From the human T2T-CHM13v2.0 reference genome, Homo sapiens, in NCBI RefSeq assembly GCF_009914755.1, contig NC_060928.1: 64,000 nucleotides of DNA. One strand, 5' to 3'. The notes beneath the pieces are model-generated. The model was not told the origin of the DNA, did not search any database, and saw only the letters and a list, made by a program, of their open reading frames with translations. Within the stretch, counting starts at the first letter, position 1, and the number at the start of each line of letters is the position of its first letter. The position numbers were made by a program, and so were the translations under genes. This document shows, piece by piece, positions 63,125 through 64,000 of the stretch.

Positions 63125-63870
63125 GTTATAACAGCTTTATTGAGTTGTAATTCACATGTCATACAATTCACTCTTTTAAAGTACACAATTCAGTGGTTTT
63201 TAATAGAGTCACAGTTGTTCAGTCATCACCACTACCTCATTCCAGAGCATTTATATCACCCTAAAAAGAACTATGTATCCATTAGCAGTCACTCACCATT
63301 TCCTTTTTTTCCCAGCACCTGACAACCACTAATCTACTTTCTGTCTCTATGGATTTGCCTATCATGAACATTTCACAGAAATGAAATCAGACGATACATG
63401 ACCTTTTGTGTCTGGCTTCTTTGATTCAGTAGAAAGCTTCTAAGATCCATCCATGTTGTAACACGCATCAGTACTTTGTTCCTTTTTATTGCCTAATAAT
63501 ATTCCATTGTGTGTGTTTACTACATTTATTTGTTCATTCATCAGTTGATGGAACTCAGGTTATATCCAGTCCCAGGCTATTATAAATAATGTTGCTATGA
63601 ATATTTATGTATCAGTTCTTGTGTGAGCCTGTGTTTTCATTTCTCTTTGGTATACACCAGGAGTGGAGTTACTAGGTCATATGGTAGCTCTATGTTTAAC
63701 TTTTTGAGGAACTGCCATCCTGTTTTCCAAAGTGGCTGCTCCATTTTATATTCTCATGAGTATTAAATGAGGGGTTTCAATTTCTCCACATCCTTGCCCA
63801 AACTTGATATGGTCTTTTTGATTATAGCCATCCCAGCAGGTATAAAGTGGTATCTCATGGTAATTTTTTA
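63125..63870 (-). mobile_element. L1MB-like 3' end
   Basis: AACAGCTTTATTGAG...TAATTCACAT...ACCACTAATCTACTTTCTGTCTCTATGGATTTGCCT...GAGGAACTGCC. Confidence 0.85.
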
Positions 63871-64000
63871 TTTAAATGTGTATTTTAATTTGTAATCATT
63901 TTTTTTCAGAATTTTATGATGTACTTTGTGATTAACAGCCACAGTAGCAATTTATCAAACACTTTTCTAAGCAATATCTAATTTTGTGGGTATAATGATT

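Overview
Primate (human or great-ape) nuclear genomic DNA, dominated by repeats. The only genuine protein-coding sequence is the last two exons of MRPL1 (+ strand, 8620-8701 and 11312-11430, polyA signal about 11585). In human this points to the MRPL1 3' region on 4q21.1. About 52 kb of intergenic DNA follows. It holds four processed pseudogenes (SRSF10 -, HMGB1 +, HNRNPA1 -, 5'-truncated TMEM128 +), a full-length SVA, many Alus, L1s of several ages, L2/MIR relics, MaLR and MER21 LTRs and DNA transposons (Tigger2a, MADE1, MER5A, MER33). The MRPL1 introns hold a solo MER11 LTR and a MER6. Nearly all ORFs in the supplied track are Alu, L1, SVA, pseudogene or microsatellite artefacts. I find no support for a new biological system. 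The notable signal is retrotransposition history readable from target-site duplications (TSDs): three probable 3' transductions, one orphan polyadenylated insert, two twin-priming 5' inversions, a perfectly palindromic MADE1 hairpin and a template-switch hairpin cascade. Gene and repeat-subfamily names come from recognising consensus sequences from memory, not from database searches.
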